Part shown: positions 1 to 9,400 of the stretch, in pieces
Layout: the number at the start of each line of letters is the position of its first letter
Numbering within the stretch: position 1 is the first letter of the stretch
Assembly: GCA_018608435.1 (NCBI GenBank)
Contig: JABAZV010000006.1
Coordinates: 31,692 to 95,691 of the forward strand
Source: Patescibacteria group bacterium
GTDB taxonomy: Bacteria > Patescibacteriota > Minisyncoccia > Phycocordibacterales > UBA918
Direction: 5' to 3'
DNA length: 64,000 nt
Program-made: the position numbers and the translations under genes
Notes under the pieces: generated by a model
Seen by the model: the letters and a program-made list of their open reading frames with translations, nothing else
The model's database searches: none
What the model was told of the DNA's origin: nothing

Positions 1-336
1 TAGATTGCCCTCTTCTATCAAGTCGAGTAAAGACAACCCCCTGTTCATATAACGTCTTGAAATTTTTACAACTAAACGCAGATTGTACTCAATCATTATT
101 TTGCGTGATTTTTCGCAGCCCGTCTGTGCTTTACGGGTATATGACTTCTCCTCGTCTGCTGTTAGAAGCTTGTAGGCATCTATTTCCTTTAAATAAATAG
201 TCAAAACATCTCTGTTTTGTAGTGAGTTTTTTATTTGGCTTGGTTTCAGTTCTTCCTCGCCAATTTCAACTTCTTCATTTGAAAGATCATCGTCGTCCGG
301 CTCAATTTCATCTTGTTCTTGAATATCGTTTTTCAT
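1..336 (-). CDS. RNA polymerase sigma factor, sigma-70 family (RpoD/SigA-like), N-terminal part; the gene runs off the left edge of the window
   Basis: The minus-strand translation from the ATG at 336..334 has no stop codon down to position 1. It reads MKNDIQEQDEIEPDDDDL...EYNLRLVVKISRRYMNRGLSLLDLIEEGNL. This matches sigma-70 regions 1.2 and 2.1-2.2 (LRLV..IA.KY..RGL.FLDLIQEGN). A GGAGG RBS lies 4 nt upstream on the minus strand. Confidence 0.8.
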   Translation of the reverse strand, partial: MKNDIQEQDEIEPDDDDLSNEEVEIGEEELKPSQIKNSLQNRDVLTIYLKEIDAYKLLTADEEKSYTRKAQTGCEKSRKIMIEYNLRLVVKISRRYMNRGLSLLDLIEEGNL

Positions 337-381
337 GATCCCTCCTGAGGGTATATGTGATAGATAATTAAAAACATATTT

Positions 382-410
382 TTTATAGCACGTAGATGTT
401 CTATTTACAA
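382..410 (-). promoter_or_regulatory. Putative sigma-70 promoter for the sigma factor gene (minus strand: TTGTAA, 17 nt spacer, TATAAA)
   Basis: On the minus strand, TTGTAA (plus coords 405..410) is separated by 17 nt from TATAAA (plus 382..387). The element sits about 45 nt upstream of the start codon. This is a by-eye match only. Confidence 0.3.
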
Positions 411-413
411 TTT

Positions 414-440
414 AAAAGACGATCCAAAGGATCGTCTTTT
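414..440. terminator. Rho-independent terminator, probably bidirectional (11-12 bp perfect stem, AAA loop) after the rluB-like operon
   Basis: AAAAGACGATCC-AAA-GGATCGTCTTTT is a perfect hairpin. It is flanked by an A-run upstream and a T-run downstream. It lies between the stop of ORF 465..1184 and the sigma factor start. Confidence 0.65.
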
Positions 441-464
441 AAATGTTGTGCTTATAGTATTGTT

Positions 465-1184
465 CTACATACTTACTCCAATCGCTTGCAGAAAGGCAGT
501 TAGCTCCAATCCTTGGATTTTGCGGAATTGGTTTGGTTTTAGCTTGTCGAGTTCGATGTTTGTTACGCGCACACGCTTGAGTGTTTCGATTTGGTAGCCA
601 AGTGCTGCGCACATTCGCCTGATTTGGTGTTTCTTGCCTTCGGTAAGAATAATAGTAAAACGTTTGTCGTTTTTCGGGCTTCTGGTCGCTTTGGCTGCTT
701 TGGTGCGGTAGCCTTCAATATCAACGCCGTTTTCCATCGCGCGCATAAACATGCCGGAAACCTTCTTGTCTACGAGCACGTCGTATTCTTTTTCGTGATT
801 TGCTTCTGGGTCGAGCAGTGGGCCAGTGATTCGGCCGTCGTTAGAAAGTATAATAAGGCCTTCGGAGTCTTTGTCGAGACGGCCGACAGGCGACATGTCA
901 GTAATGCCGTAATCTTTTTTAAGTCTTCCTGCGATATCTATTTCATTTTCGCCTGGTGAATGAGTAATAACGCCGCGTCCTTTGTAGTATGCTAGGTAAG
1001 ATTTTACTTTTATTTTTCCGATTACTTCGACAGTGTCATCGACTTCGACTTTTTGCCCGAGCTCAGCTACTTTGCCGTTGATTGTAATTTTCTTTTTGCT
1101 TATGAGATCATCAACTTCGCGCCTCGAAGCAACCCCGTTTTTGGCGAGGTATTTATTGATCCGCATTGGGAATTCTTCATTCAT
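465..1184 (-). CDS. rluB: Pseudouridine synthase, RsuA/RluB family (S4 domain plus catalytic domain)
   Basis: The N-terminal S4 motif is RINKYLAKNGVASRREVDDLI. The catalytic motif VGRLDKDSEGLIILSNDG carries the conserved Asp. The 239-aa length fits RsuA/RluB/RluF, and I cannot distinguish the subfamily. Confidence 0.85.
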   Translation of the reverse strand: MNEEFPMRINKYLAKNGVASRREVDDLISKKKITINGKVAELGQKVEVDDTVEVIGKIKVKSYLAYYKGRGVITHSPGENEIDIAGRLKKDYGITDMSPVGRLDKDSEGLIILSNDGRITGPLLDPEANHEKEYDVLVDKKVSGMFMRAMENGVDIEGYRTKAAKATRSPKNDKRFTIILTEGKKHQIRRMCAALGYQIETLKRVRVTNIELDKLKPNQFRKIQGLELTAFLQAIGVSM

Positions 1185-1193
1185 GCTTGTACA

Positions 1194-1709
1194 CTACTCT
1201 ATTGTAGAGGAATATGGAAGCATAATAGTGTCACTCACTAGCTTGGCGATGCTTTCGCGCGCGGAACGAGTGCGGTTGCTGCCAACATAATAGGGGAGTT
1301 CAGAAACTGTAATACGATAAAGGTCAGATTCTGTCGGTGCTGTATTTTCTATATCGGCAATAACATAAAGGGTGAAATCAGCTTGAGTGTAAGGAGCAAG
1401 CACATAATATGATCCTTCCACCGGTAAATCAGCCAATAGTAAGCCTGAAGTTTTGACAGAAATGTTGTCGGATGGAGTTTTGCTTTGAAGATTGTAGCCG
1501 ATTAAGTCGACATTGTCTTTGCTAGTAATACCAATCTTTGCACCAATCGGCAGCCGGGTTTCTTCAGCTCCAGTAGAGAAGTTTATGTTTACACTAAAGA
1601 GAGCGATCGTGTCGGTGGCGGCATAGCTTATACCTGAGCCAAGAGCATTAGCTGGTAAAACTCCAATACCTCCAACTAAAACAAATAAAGCGATTACGTA
1701 TGATTTCAT
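1194..1709 (-). CDS. Secreted hypothetical protein (signal peptide, beta-rich), co-directional with and 9 nt upstream of the pseudouridine synthase gene
   Basis: The complete ORF is 171 aa. The N-terminus MKSYVIALFVLVGGIGVLPANALG is signal-peptide-like. I recognise no known domain. Confidence 0.55.
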   Translation of the reverse strand: MKSYVIALFVLVGGIGVLPANALGSGISYAATDTIALFSVNINFSTGAEETRLPIGAKIGITSKDNVDLIGYNLQSKTPSDNISVKTSGLLLADLPVEGSYYVLAPYTQADFTLYVIADIENTAPTESDLYRITVSELPYYVGSNRTRSARESIAKLVSDTIMLPYSSTIE

Positions 1710-1851
1710 GTGTAGTATTTTACTATATATATGAAGTGTCGCAAATTTACAGAGTGCTACAATCGTGCAGTGTAAGTAAAATGACTATTTTATAACCTGA
1801 GAAAGATTTATCGGTGTTGACTTAACTTGTTAATTCTGGGGAAAGGTTGGT

Positions 1852-1896
1852 GTATCTGTGCGAGTGACAGCCTGCGGCTGTCACTCGCACAGATAC
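1852..1896. repeat. Perfect 21-bp inverted repeat with a 3-nt spacer (GTATCTGTGCGAGTGACAGCC-TGC-GGCTGTCACTCGCACAGATAC) in a divergent intergenic region
   Basis: I verified this base by base. No T-run follows on either strand, so it is not a canonical terminator. It lies between the divergent ORFs 1194..1709 (-) and 2050..4038 (+). Confidence 0.7.
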
Positions 1897-2049
1897 ATTT
1901 CACACATCCAGTTCTCCACACTATACACAGCTTGCGTTTTCGAAAAAAAGTAGTATAGTCTGAACAACACGTCAAACCCCATAAGTAGTTGTTGCCGTGG
2001 GATCATTCAATCTAGTTCTTACTTCAAGTCTGTACGATACTTAATACAG

Positions 2050-4038
2050 ATGTTTTACCTTATTCAGATCACTTTAATACCTTTATTTATGAACGCTTTT
2101 TATTCTCTTAAAACTAATGCCTCAGCGCGCGCGCTAGCATTTTTAACCGTACTTTCGTTGCTTGTAAGCAGCTTGCCGTTGGCTGTTTTTACAGCAAATG
2201 CAGCGAGTGATGCTGTTGGTACGCTTACAGCTTTTGTGCTCCCAAACCCTTCAGATGGTGCTGGTGAGTACGTAGATCTTCAGTTTGTTGGTACAGGCAC
2301 GCTTGAACTAGCTGGCTGGACTATTTTTGACGCCAACAGGTTGCTTAATGACAATCCTCTATATACTTTTACAGAAACAGACATTCTTACTAATGGTGAT
2401 GAGCTGCGTCTGTGTGGCAATATGGCACTAGTGACTAACTGCGATATTGTTTATCCTGGCGGGAATACCGTTTGGAACAATACAACCGACACGCTCACGC
2501 TTAAGGATGAAGCAGGAGTAACAGTCCTAGAGTTTGATTGGACAGATCCTTTTGTTGAAGGTCTTGAAAATGGAGATACACCTGTTGATTTTTCTGCTGA
2601 AGAAGAAGAAGAAGATGAAGACGAAGCTGATACAAGTACATCTACCGAGCCGACAGGTTCTATCACGGTTGATCCCACAGTGCTAGAAACTACTATTTCA
2701 ACGCAAGTAAACTTCGTTGTTTCAGCGGAGTATGAAAACCTCTCATCTACACAAATCGTAGTGTCTGATGATTCTACTACTGGTTTGTTCTTCGGAGGCA
2801 ACACTGCGGGTGAATGTAATTCAGCTACTGTTGTTGAAGATAATACTTTTATTATTACTAACAACAAAGGTATTTGCTACTCAAACAGTGTTGCTGGCGA
2901 TTACGAAATCACTGCACAGCTAGTTGGTGGAGCAAGTAGTACTCCGGTAGGTGAAGCGGTTGTTATTGAGGTTTCTGTTCTTGCAGGTCAAGATGAAACA
3001 GGAACTACAACTGACGAAGGCACAGGAACTACAACTGACGACGGCACCGGAACAACTACTGACAACGGTTCAGGCACTACAACAGACAACGGAACAGGCA
3101 CGACTACAGACGATGGTGCTGGAGGCGGAGACGATGATGAAACAGGTGCGGGATCAGGTGGAGGTGGTGGTAGTGCAGAAACAGCTGGTGAATGTGAAAT
3201 TGAAGCTCATAAATACGACAGTGAAGGAAATCCTCTTTCAGGCTGGATGCTTGGTCTTATGAAGGTTATTTACAACGATGAATTCACAAATACATACTCT
3301 CTAGCTGAACAAGAAACTGGTGCTGATGGTTACGTATGTCTTGAATGGGATGGTGAAACTCGTTCTCCATTAAGCGTGGAAGGTGAAATTACTGGTAATG
3401 ACTACAATTTTGACTACTACGTATATGAGACATTGCAAGACGGATGGACAAATTGGTCAATCGAAGCTGGAGCAGACTTCAACAATCTTGTTGTAGTACC
3501 AGACGAAGATGTTCGTAGCGATGGTTTTACAGCCAGCGTACAGATTGGTGAGACTAATGGTTTCCTTATTAAAGGCGCAGCTTTCCATGTTGATTTCTAC
3601 AACCTTCTTCTAAACGGCGTAGAAACAGGAACATCAACTGACGATGGAACTGGAACAACTACAGACGACGGTACTAGTACTACGACTGATGATGGTACAG
3701 ACACAACTGTAAACGAAGTACCGCGTGGCGGTGGAGGTTCACTAGCTTCACCAGCTAACAGGGGTGGAAGTAGTGGAGGCTCAAGCTCTTCTGATGATGA
3801 GCTTGAAGAAGCTGGTGCGGCACCGCTTGTGGTGGGAACTACAAACAATGACAATGGTTCTGGTGACGGAAATACTCCAGCAGCACAAGTGCTTGGTGAT
3901 CAGGTAAGTGTTGTGCCATTTGGTGGTGCTGATACTGGTGCTGGCGGGAGTGCTCCACAGGCAGCTTCATTATGGGCTTCTCTACTGCTTGCGGTTTTGG
4001 CAGCTGGACTACGTTTTACACGACGCTTTGTAGCTTAG
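2050..4038 (+). CDS. Secreted cell-surface protein with Thr/Asp-rich tandem repeats and a C-terminal hydrophobic segment plus Arg-rich tail; candidate substrate of the adjacent sortase
   Basis: The N-terminus carries a signal peptide. An acidic run EEEEEDEDE is followed by GTGTTTDDGT repeats. The C-terminus ...VVPFGGADTGAGGSAPQAASLWASLLLAVLAAGLRFTRRFVA is a TM plus RR tail, like a cell-wall sorting signal but without LPXTG. A sortase gene lies 26 nt downstream. Confidence 0.8.
   Translation: MFYLIQITLIPLFMNAFYSLKTNASARALAFLTVLSLLVSSLPLAVFTANAASDAVGTLTAFVLPNPSDGAGEYVDLQFVGTGTLELAGWTIFDANRLLNDNPLYTFTETDILTNGDELRLCGNMALVTNCDIVYPGGNTVWNNTTDTLTLKDEAGVTVLEFDWTDPFVEGLENGDTPVDFSAEEEEEDEDEADTSTSTEPTGSITVDPTVLETTISTQVNFVVSAEYENLSSTQIVVSDDSTTGLFFGGNTAGECNSATVVEDNTFIITNNKGICYSNSVAGDYEITAQLVGGASSTPVGEAVVIEVSVLAGQDETGTTTDEGTGTTTDDGTGTTTDNGSGTTTDNGTGTTTDDGAGGGDDDETGAGSGGGGGSAETAGECEIEAHKYDSEGNPLSGWMLGLMKVIYNDEFTNTYSLAEQETGADGYVCLEWDGETRSPLSVEGEITGNDYNFDYYVYETLQDGWTNWSIEAGADFNNLVVVPDEDVRSDGFTASVQIGETNGFLIKGAAFHVDFYNLLLNGVETGTSTDDGTGTTTDDGTSTTTDDGTDTTVNEVPRGGGGSLASPANRGGSSGGSSSSDDELEEAGAAPLVVGTTNNDNGSGDGNTPAAQVLGDQVSVVPFGGADTGAGGSAPQAASLWASLLLAVLAAGLRFTRRFVA
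3001..3120 (+). repeat. Five tandem 24-nt repeats encoding GTTTD(D/E/N)G(T/S/A) within ORF 2050..4038; a second three-unit array lies at 3628..3699
   Basis: I read the units directly: ggaactacaactgacgaaggcaca, ggaactacaactgacgacggcacc, ggaacaactactgacaacggttca, ggcactacaacagacaacggaaca, ggcacgactacagacgatggtgct. Confidence 0.7.
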
Positions 4039-4063
4039 GCTGTGTGATTAAGTAAATTGTATT

Positions 4064-4666
4064 TTGCTTATGAATATTAACAAAAATCACCTCGAAATTG
4101 GGGTGATTTTTGTTTTTATGGCCGTACTAGTATTTGTTCCTAAGGGTGATCTTACGTCAGTCGAAAGAACAGAAGTAGAGGCGTTAGAAAGTGATTTTAT
4201 AGTTCAGGTTGCACAAAACCAATCTCTGCCTAAAACTCTGAGAATTCCAAAACTTAACATAGAAACTTCGTTTGGCTCAACTTTGGGTTTAACAGACAGT
4301 GGGGAAGTAGCTGTGCCTGATAATTTCTCCAATGTCGGTTTGTATGAATATGGTCCTCGTCCAGGGGAGCTTGGTCCGGCGGTTGTGCTTGGTCATGTTG
4401 ATTCTTATGAGGGTCCAGCAGTTTTTTATTCAATTGGTCAACTTGACCTCGACGATAAGATAGAAATTGAAACTGAAGATGGCACAAAACTAACCTTTAT
4501 TGTAACTGATTCTGTAAAATATTTACAAGATGATTTTCCGACGGAGCTGGTTTATGGAGACCTCGATCATGCTGGTTTACGGCTCGTGACATGCTCTGGA
4601 ACGTACAATAGAGACAAGAATCGCTACACACATAATCGTGTGATTTACGCAAGATTAGAAGGTTGA
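4064..4666 (+). CDS. Sortase (class E/F-like cysteine transpeptidase)
   Basis: There is an N-terminal TM. LRIPKLNIE matches the L.IPk.i motif. VVLGHVD holds the catalytic His. LRLVTCSG is the TLxTC Cys motif. NRVIYARLEG holds the conserved Arg. The gene is adjacent to a surface protein with a sorting-signal-like C-terminus. Confidence 0.85.
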   Translation: MLMNINKNHLEIGVIFVFMAVLVFVPKGDLTSVERTEVEALESDFIVQVAQNQSLPKTLRIPKLNIETSFGSTLGLTDSGEVAVPDNFSNVGLYEYGPRPGELGPAVVLGHVDSYEGPAVFYSIGQLDLDDKIEIETEDGTKLTFIVTDSVKYLQDDFPTELVYGDLDHAGLRLVTCSGTYNRDKNRYTHNRVIYARLEG

Positions 4667-4800
4667 ATAGTGAAATATTACGCTCGATATTGATTATATC
4701 GTTAATAAAGGCCATATATTTTGCTATTGACAAAAAACACTTTTCGGTATACAAATATACACATACCAGAAGTTCTCCAAATTTGTCGCATGATTTTTGT

Positions 4801-4824
4801 CTTCACTGGGTGACCAGTGAAGGT
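4801..4824 (+). promoter_or_regulatory. Perfect 9-bp stem-loop (CTTCACTGG-GTGA-CCAGTGAAG) in the putative 5' leader of the GT2 gene
   Basis: I read this in the sequence. There is no T-run after it. It lies about 47 nt upstream of the ATG at 4871. Its function is unknown. Confidence 0.3.
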
Positions 4825-4870
4825 TTAACGTGTGCTCAGGTGAGAATGACGTAGAGCAATTTATAAAAGT

Positions 4871-5905
4871 ATGACAATCACAATTTTAATACCATGTCAC
4901 AATGAAGAGCTCGGCATCGCCGCAACTGTTCAGTCGTGTTTAAACCAAACACGCAAGCCAGATCAAATTCTGGTTGTAAATGATGGCAGTACTGATCGTA
5001 GTGGCGAAATTCTCAAAAGCTTTGGTGATCAAATTCAAGTTTTGCATTTGCCCAAAGCAACTGGAAACAAAAGTCACGCCCAAGAGCTTGGACTTAAATT
5101 TGTAACTACAGATGTGTTTATTGCAACAGACGGCGACACGCAATTGGATGAGCGATTTGTCGAATACGTTGAAGAGGATCTCGAAAACAATCCTGAACTC
5201 ACAGCACTTGGTGGTTACGTGCGTAGCCAGCGTCACAACTGGCTTACCGCCTGTCGTGCCTTTGAATACAGTGTAGGACAAAACCTACACAAGCTTGCAC
5301 AACATCATCTTGGTTTTCTGTTTGTGATCCCTGGAGCGGCTGGAGTTTTCAAAACTGATCACTTCCGTAAATACATTTCTTTTGAACATGATACTTTGAC
5401 TGAAGACCTCGACTTCACCTACCGTCTGCACTCACTTGATCTTAAAATTATGTATGACCGTCGTTTGGTTGTATTGACACAAGATCCTGCCACACTGCAC
5501 TCATACATCAACCAAATGCGTCGATGGTTTGGCGGCGGTTGGCAGACTCTGATGAAGCATCACCGATTGGCTTTTAAAAAACCAAAAATTGCGCTGGAGT
5601 TGTCGATTATGTATGCAGAAGGAATTGTGTTTTCAATTTTGGTATTTTTGTTACCATTCTTGAGTCTTGAATTCTACAAGAACTTTATCTTGTCGTACTT
5701 TGCATTAGCGATCGCATTTGCTATCTTTGCTGCTTGGAAAGAGCGACGAATTGAAATGTTGTTGGTTCCGATTCCTTACGTATTGTTAGTATTAATCAAC
5801 TCGTATATATTCTTGGAGCAATTTGTTAAGGAGGTGGTTTTGCGTCGCAAGAACCTTACTTGGTTCCATCCAGAACGATTTAATAATAGTGAGAAATTAA
5901 GTTAA
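4871..5905 (+). CDS. Processive family-2 glycosyltransferase (beta-polysaccharide synthase-like: DXD, TED, QxxRW) with a C-terminal TM region
   Basis: The GT-A N-terminus is ILIPCHNEE...VVNDGSTD. The DXD is IATDGDTQLD. The TED motif is LTEDLDF. The QxxRW motif is INQMRRW. Three or four C-terminal TM helices follow. These motifs are diagnostic of cellulose/chitin/PNAG/hyaluronan-type synthases. Confidence 0.8.
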   Translation: MTITILIPCHNEELGIAATVQSCLNQTRKPDQILVVNDGSTDRSGEILKSFGDQIQVLHLPKATGNKSHAQELGLKFVTTDVFIATDGDTQLDERFVEYVEEDLENNPELTALGGYVRSQRHNWLTACRAFEYSVGQNLHKLAQHHLGFLFVIPGAAGVFKTDHFRKYISFEHDTLTEDLDFTYRLHSLDLKIMYDRRLVVLTQDPATLHSYINQMRRWFGGGWQTLMKHHRLAFKKPKIALELSIMYAEGIVFSILVFLLPFLSLEFYKNFILSYFALAIAFAIFAAWKERRIEMLLVPIPYVLLVLINSYIFLEQFVKEVVLRRKNLTWFHPERFNNSEKLS

Positions 5906-5910
5906 TTAGT

Positions 5911-6339
5911 ATGTTTTTTCAACTCGCAGGCCTGTCTCTAATAGTGCATCTTTTGATCATTTCCATGGCAGCTATATTCAATTTTGTAAGAGGAAGAAAA
6001 ATTTCATCAGCTTTTGACACGAAGAAAAAAGAGCATGGTCCCTCGTCTAAATTTGTAAGCATGCTGGTGTCTGGGTCAATTCTGACATTTGTATTCGTTT
6101 ACATGTTCTCACTGATGACCCTTGCTATATCAACTGGAGTTAAGGTTGGTGCTGATGAGCCGCAGGTTATCTTCATGAAAGAGCTATTTGGCACAGTCCT
6201 TGGTTGGATGATTGCTACTTTAACTCACCCTGTAGGAGTACTTAGTTTGCTTGTATTGGTTAGCGTTGTTATCGAGCTAAGTACACTACGTTACCGCCGA
6301 CAGTACAGTCGAGCGATGAGTAGCTCGATGGGAAGCTAG
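5911..6339 (+). CDS. Small integral membrane protein (about 4 TM), co-transcribed with the GT2 gene; possible synthase accessory subunit
   Basis: The ORF is 142 aa and starts 5 nt after the GT2 stop. It has four hydrophobic segments. I recognise no domain. Its position is analogous to IcaD/PgaD, which is inference only. Confidence 0.55.
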   Translation: MFFQLAGLSLIVHLLIISMAAIFNFVRGRKISSAFDTKKKEHGPSSKFVSMLVSGSILTFVFVYMFSLMTLAISTGVKVGADEPQVIFMKELFGTVLGWMIATLTHPVGVLSLLVLVSVVIELSTLRYRRQYSRAMSSSMGS

Positions 6340-6408
6340 TATTAAAAATGAAGTCACTAGAATTTAGAAAATTATCAATCATTTCAGTCAGTCAATAATT
6401 ATCGTCTT

Positions 6409-9400
6409 ATGAAAACTCCATTCAATCAAACTCGTAGTAATGTTCTTGTCGCCTTAGTAATGCTAGGTGCAGCATTGACATTCTTTGCACCGCAGTCAGC
6501 TTTGGCGCAAATTCCAGATGTCGTAATAAACGAGTCGGGGTTTGAGAATGAAGTGATTGCTGGTGGATTGAGTTTACCTACTGCGATGGCCTTCACTCCA
6601 GACGGGCGTATTTTTGTGACTGAAAAGAGTGGAGTTGTTCAGGTGATCAAGAATGGTGTTGTTCTAGCAGCTCCTCTTATTTCGCTTACAGATGTGAACA
6701 CTTTCGGCGACCGTGGTTTGCTTGGAATTGAGACTGATCCAAACTTTGCTTCAAACGGTTACGTGTATTTGTTATATACATATGAAAACTCACCAGGGAT
6801 AAACATCTCTGGTGCTAAGACTGCGCGAATCGTGCGAATCACTGTTACTGGCGACACTGCTAGTGAGTCTAGCAAAGTTGTTTTGGTTGGAGCTGTTGGC
6901 GGAAATGTTACTTCACCTTCGTGTGAGGATTTTGCTGTAACTGCAGACTGTATTGCGTCTGACTCAAACAGCCACAGTGCTGGCGGTTTGCGTTTTGGTC
7001 CTGACGGCAAGCTTTACGCCACAACTGGCGACGGAGCAGACTTTGCAGCGGTAGACAGCCGCGCACTGCGTGCCCAAGACATTGATTCGTTGGCTGGAAA
7101 AGTGCTTCGTATTAATACTGACGGAACTGCTCCAGCAGACAACCCGTTTTATGATGGTGATCCTGACTCAAACCGATCTAAAGTTTATGCTTTTGGTTTT
7201 CGTAACCAATTCCGCTTCAATTTTAATACCGAAACAGGCAAGCTTTATGGAGGTGATGTAGGATGGAGCTCATGGGAAGAAATCAACGAAGTAGTAGCTG
7301 GCGCCAACTACGGCTGGCCTTGTCGTGAGGGAGATTTTGCACAGGCTGAATATGCTTGTGATCCGTCAACTGTAGCTTCGGATCCTGTTTATGCTTACGC
7401 GCATGACGCAACTGGCGCAGGTTCAATCACAGCTGGCTCATTTTTCGAGAACAATGTATACCCGGCTGAGTATTCTACTAGCATGTTTATTGGTGACTAC
7501 GCGCAGCAATGGATGAAGCGACTAGTACTCGACACAAACGGAAATGTGGTTGAAGTAGTTGATTTTGTGCCCAATATGATTTGGCCGGTTGAGATTACAA
7601 CTGGCGCTGATGGAAATGTTTATTACATCGATATCGCACGAGGATCTGTAAACCGTATTACTCACACAGAAGGAAACCGTAGTCCGGTTGTAAACATTAC
7701 TGCTACGCCAACTTCTGGTCTATCGCCACTTCAAGTAGAGTTTTCAAGTGCTGGAACTCAGGATCTTGATGGTGATACACTTTCTTATTTCTGGACATTT
7801 GGAGACGGTGCGACGGCAGCCACTACAAGTCCTGTTCATACTTATACAACAAATGGACTTTACACAGCTTCGCTCCAAGTAACTGATTCTAATGGCGCTA
7901 CGGTATCAAAAAGTATTGATATTACGGTTGGTAATCAATCTCCAGCGGCTGAGATTACTAGTCCCGTTAGTGGTTCGTTCTATGAAGCTGGTCAAACATT
8001 GTCTGTTTATGGTCTTGGTACCGATCCTGAAGACGGAGCTATTCCAGCTGAAAACATTTCTTGGGAAGTAATACTTCATCATAATGTTCACACTCATACG
8101 TTATCGACGGCTGCAGGAGTGGATACAATTGAATTTCAAGCTGATGGTCATGACGATCCTGATGTTTACATTCGAGTCGTAATGCGAGTAACAGACAGCA
8201 ACGGTTTGGTTGGTGAGGACAGTATCAACATGTATCTCGACAACGGTTCAGGTATTGCTGGAAACTTGATTTCAAATCCTTCACTTGAAGAAGCTGATCC
8301 AGCTTTTGCTATTCAACCGCTTGATTGGATTCCGGGATGGTATGGAAACATGAACCCTGTATTTGAATATCCAGTTAACGGACTTTCTGGCGAAAAGGCT
8401 GCGCGAGTAACAGTTACTGATTATGTCTCAGGAGCAGCGAGATGGTATTTCTCTCCAGCCTTTGTGCAAGTGGGTACTGACTACAGATTTAGTAATGTTT
8501 ACATTGCAGATACAACTACCACTTTTACTGCTCAGTACGGTCGTTCAGATGGAACATACTTTTACGAAGTACTCAAAGTGCTTCCCGCTGTGTCTGATCC
8601 TACTAGTGCTGAGGTGACTTTCACTGTGCCAGAAGGAGTTCAGACAATGACTATTTTTCACGATCTATTTGCTAACGGTACTTTGACTGTGGATGAGTAT
8701 TCGTTGGTAGAAGTTTCTGGCGATACAAACCCACCGACTGGTTTCTTTACTAACATCGTGCCTGGTGATGTTGTTTCAGGAACCGTTTTGCTTGACGTGA
8801 CTGCAGCTGATGCTGAAGGTGATGTAACAATGGTGCATCTTTACGTGGACGGAGCAAAAGTTGAAGGAATAGAAGATACTACCGCACCATTTCAGCTTTT
8901 GTGGGACACGACTGCATTTGCAGACGGTGGGCACACAATCCAAGTTCATACACACGACGAAGTAGATAATGCTGGTTTGTCTGACCCAATCGCTATTACT
9001 ATTGATAATAGTTCTACTTCGACAAATCCAAATCTAGTATTTAATGGTGACTTTGAGATTGTTGGAGATGATGGTTTACCAGCCGGTTGGATACAGGGCG
9101 GTTGGGGTACAAACGAACGCGTTTACACTTACCCAAGCAATGGTCGCGATGGAGGAAGAGCAGCGGCTGTGTCTATTAATAAGTATGATCTGAGTGACGA
9201 CGGTGACGCTAAGTGGGTATTTTCAGATATTCCGGTTATTGTTGGTACAGAATACACATACAGAAATTATTACTATTCTGACACGATCTCAGACATAATT
9301 GGTCGCTACACTTACGCTGACGGCAGTATTTCTTACTTTGGTTTGATTAAGGAAATTGCACCTGTGGCTGATTGGACGCCGCTTGAAGCTACCTTTACAC

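Noticed and set aside
3990-4038. A canonical LPXTG/LAXTG sorting motif in the C-terminus of ORF 2050..4038
   Set aside because: I searched the last 80 residues and found no such pentapeptide. Only the TM plus RR-tail architecture is present, so I report it as a non-canonical candidate substrate, not an LPXTG protein.
4663-4854. A 63-aa ORF in the sortase-GT2 intergenic region
   Set aside because: It overlaps the sortase stop, has no RBS, is AT-rich and has odd composition. The region more likely holds the promoter and 5' leader hairpin of the GT2 gene.
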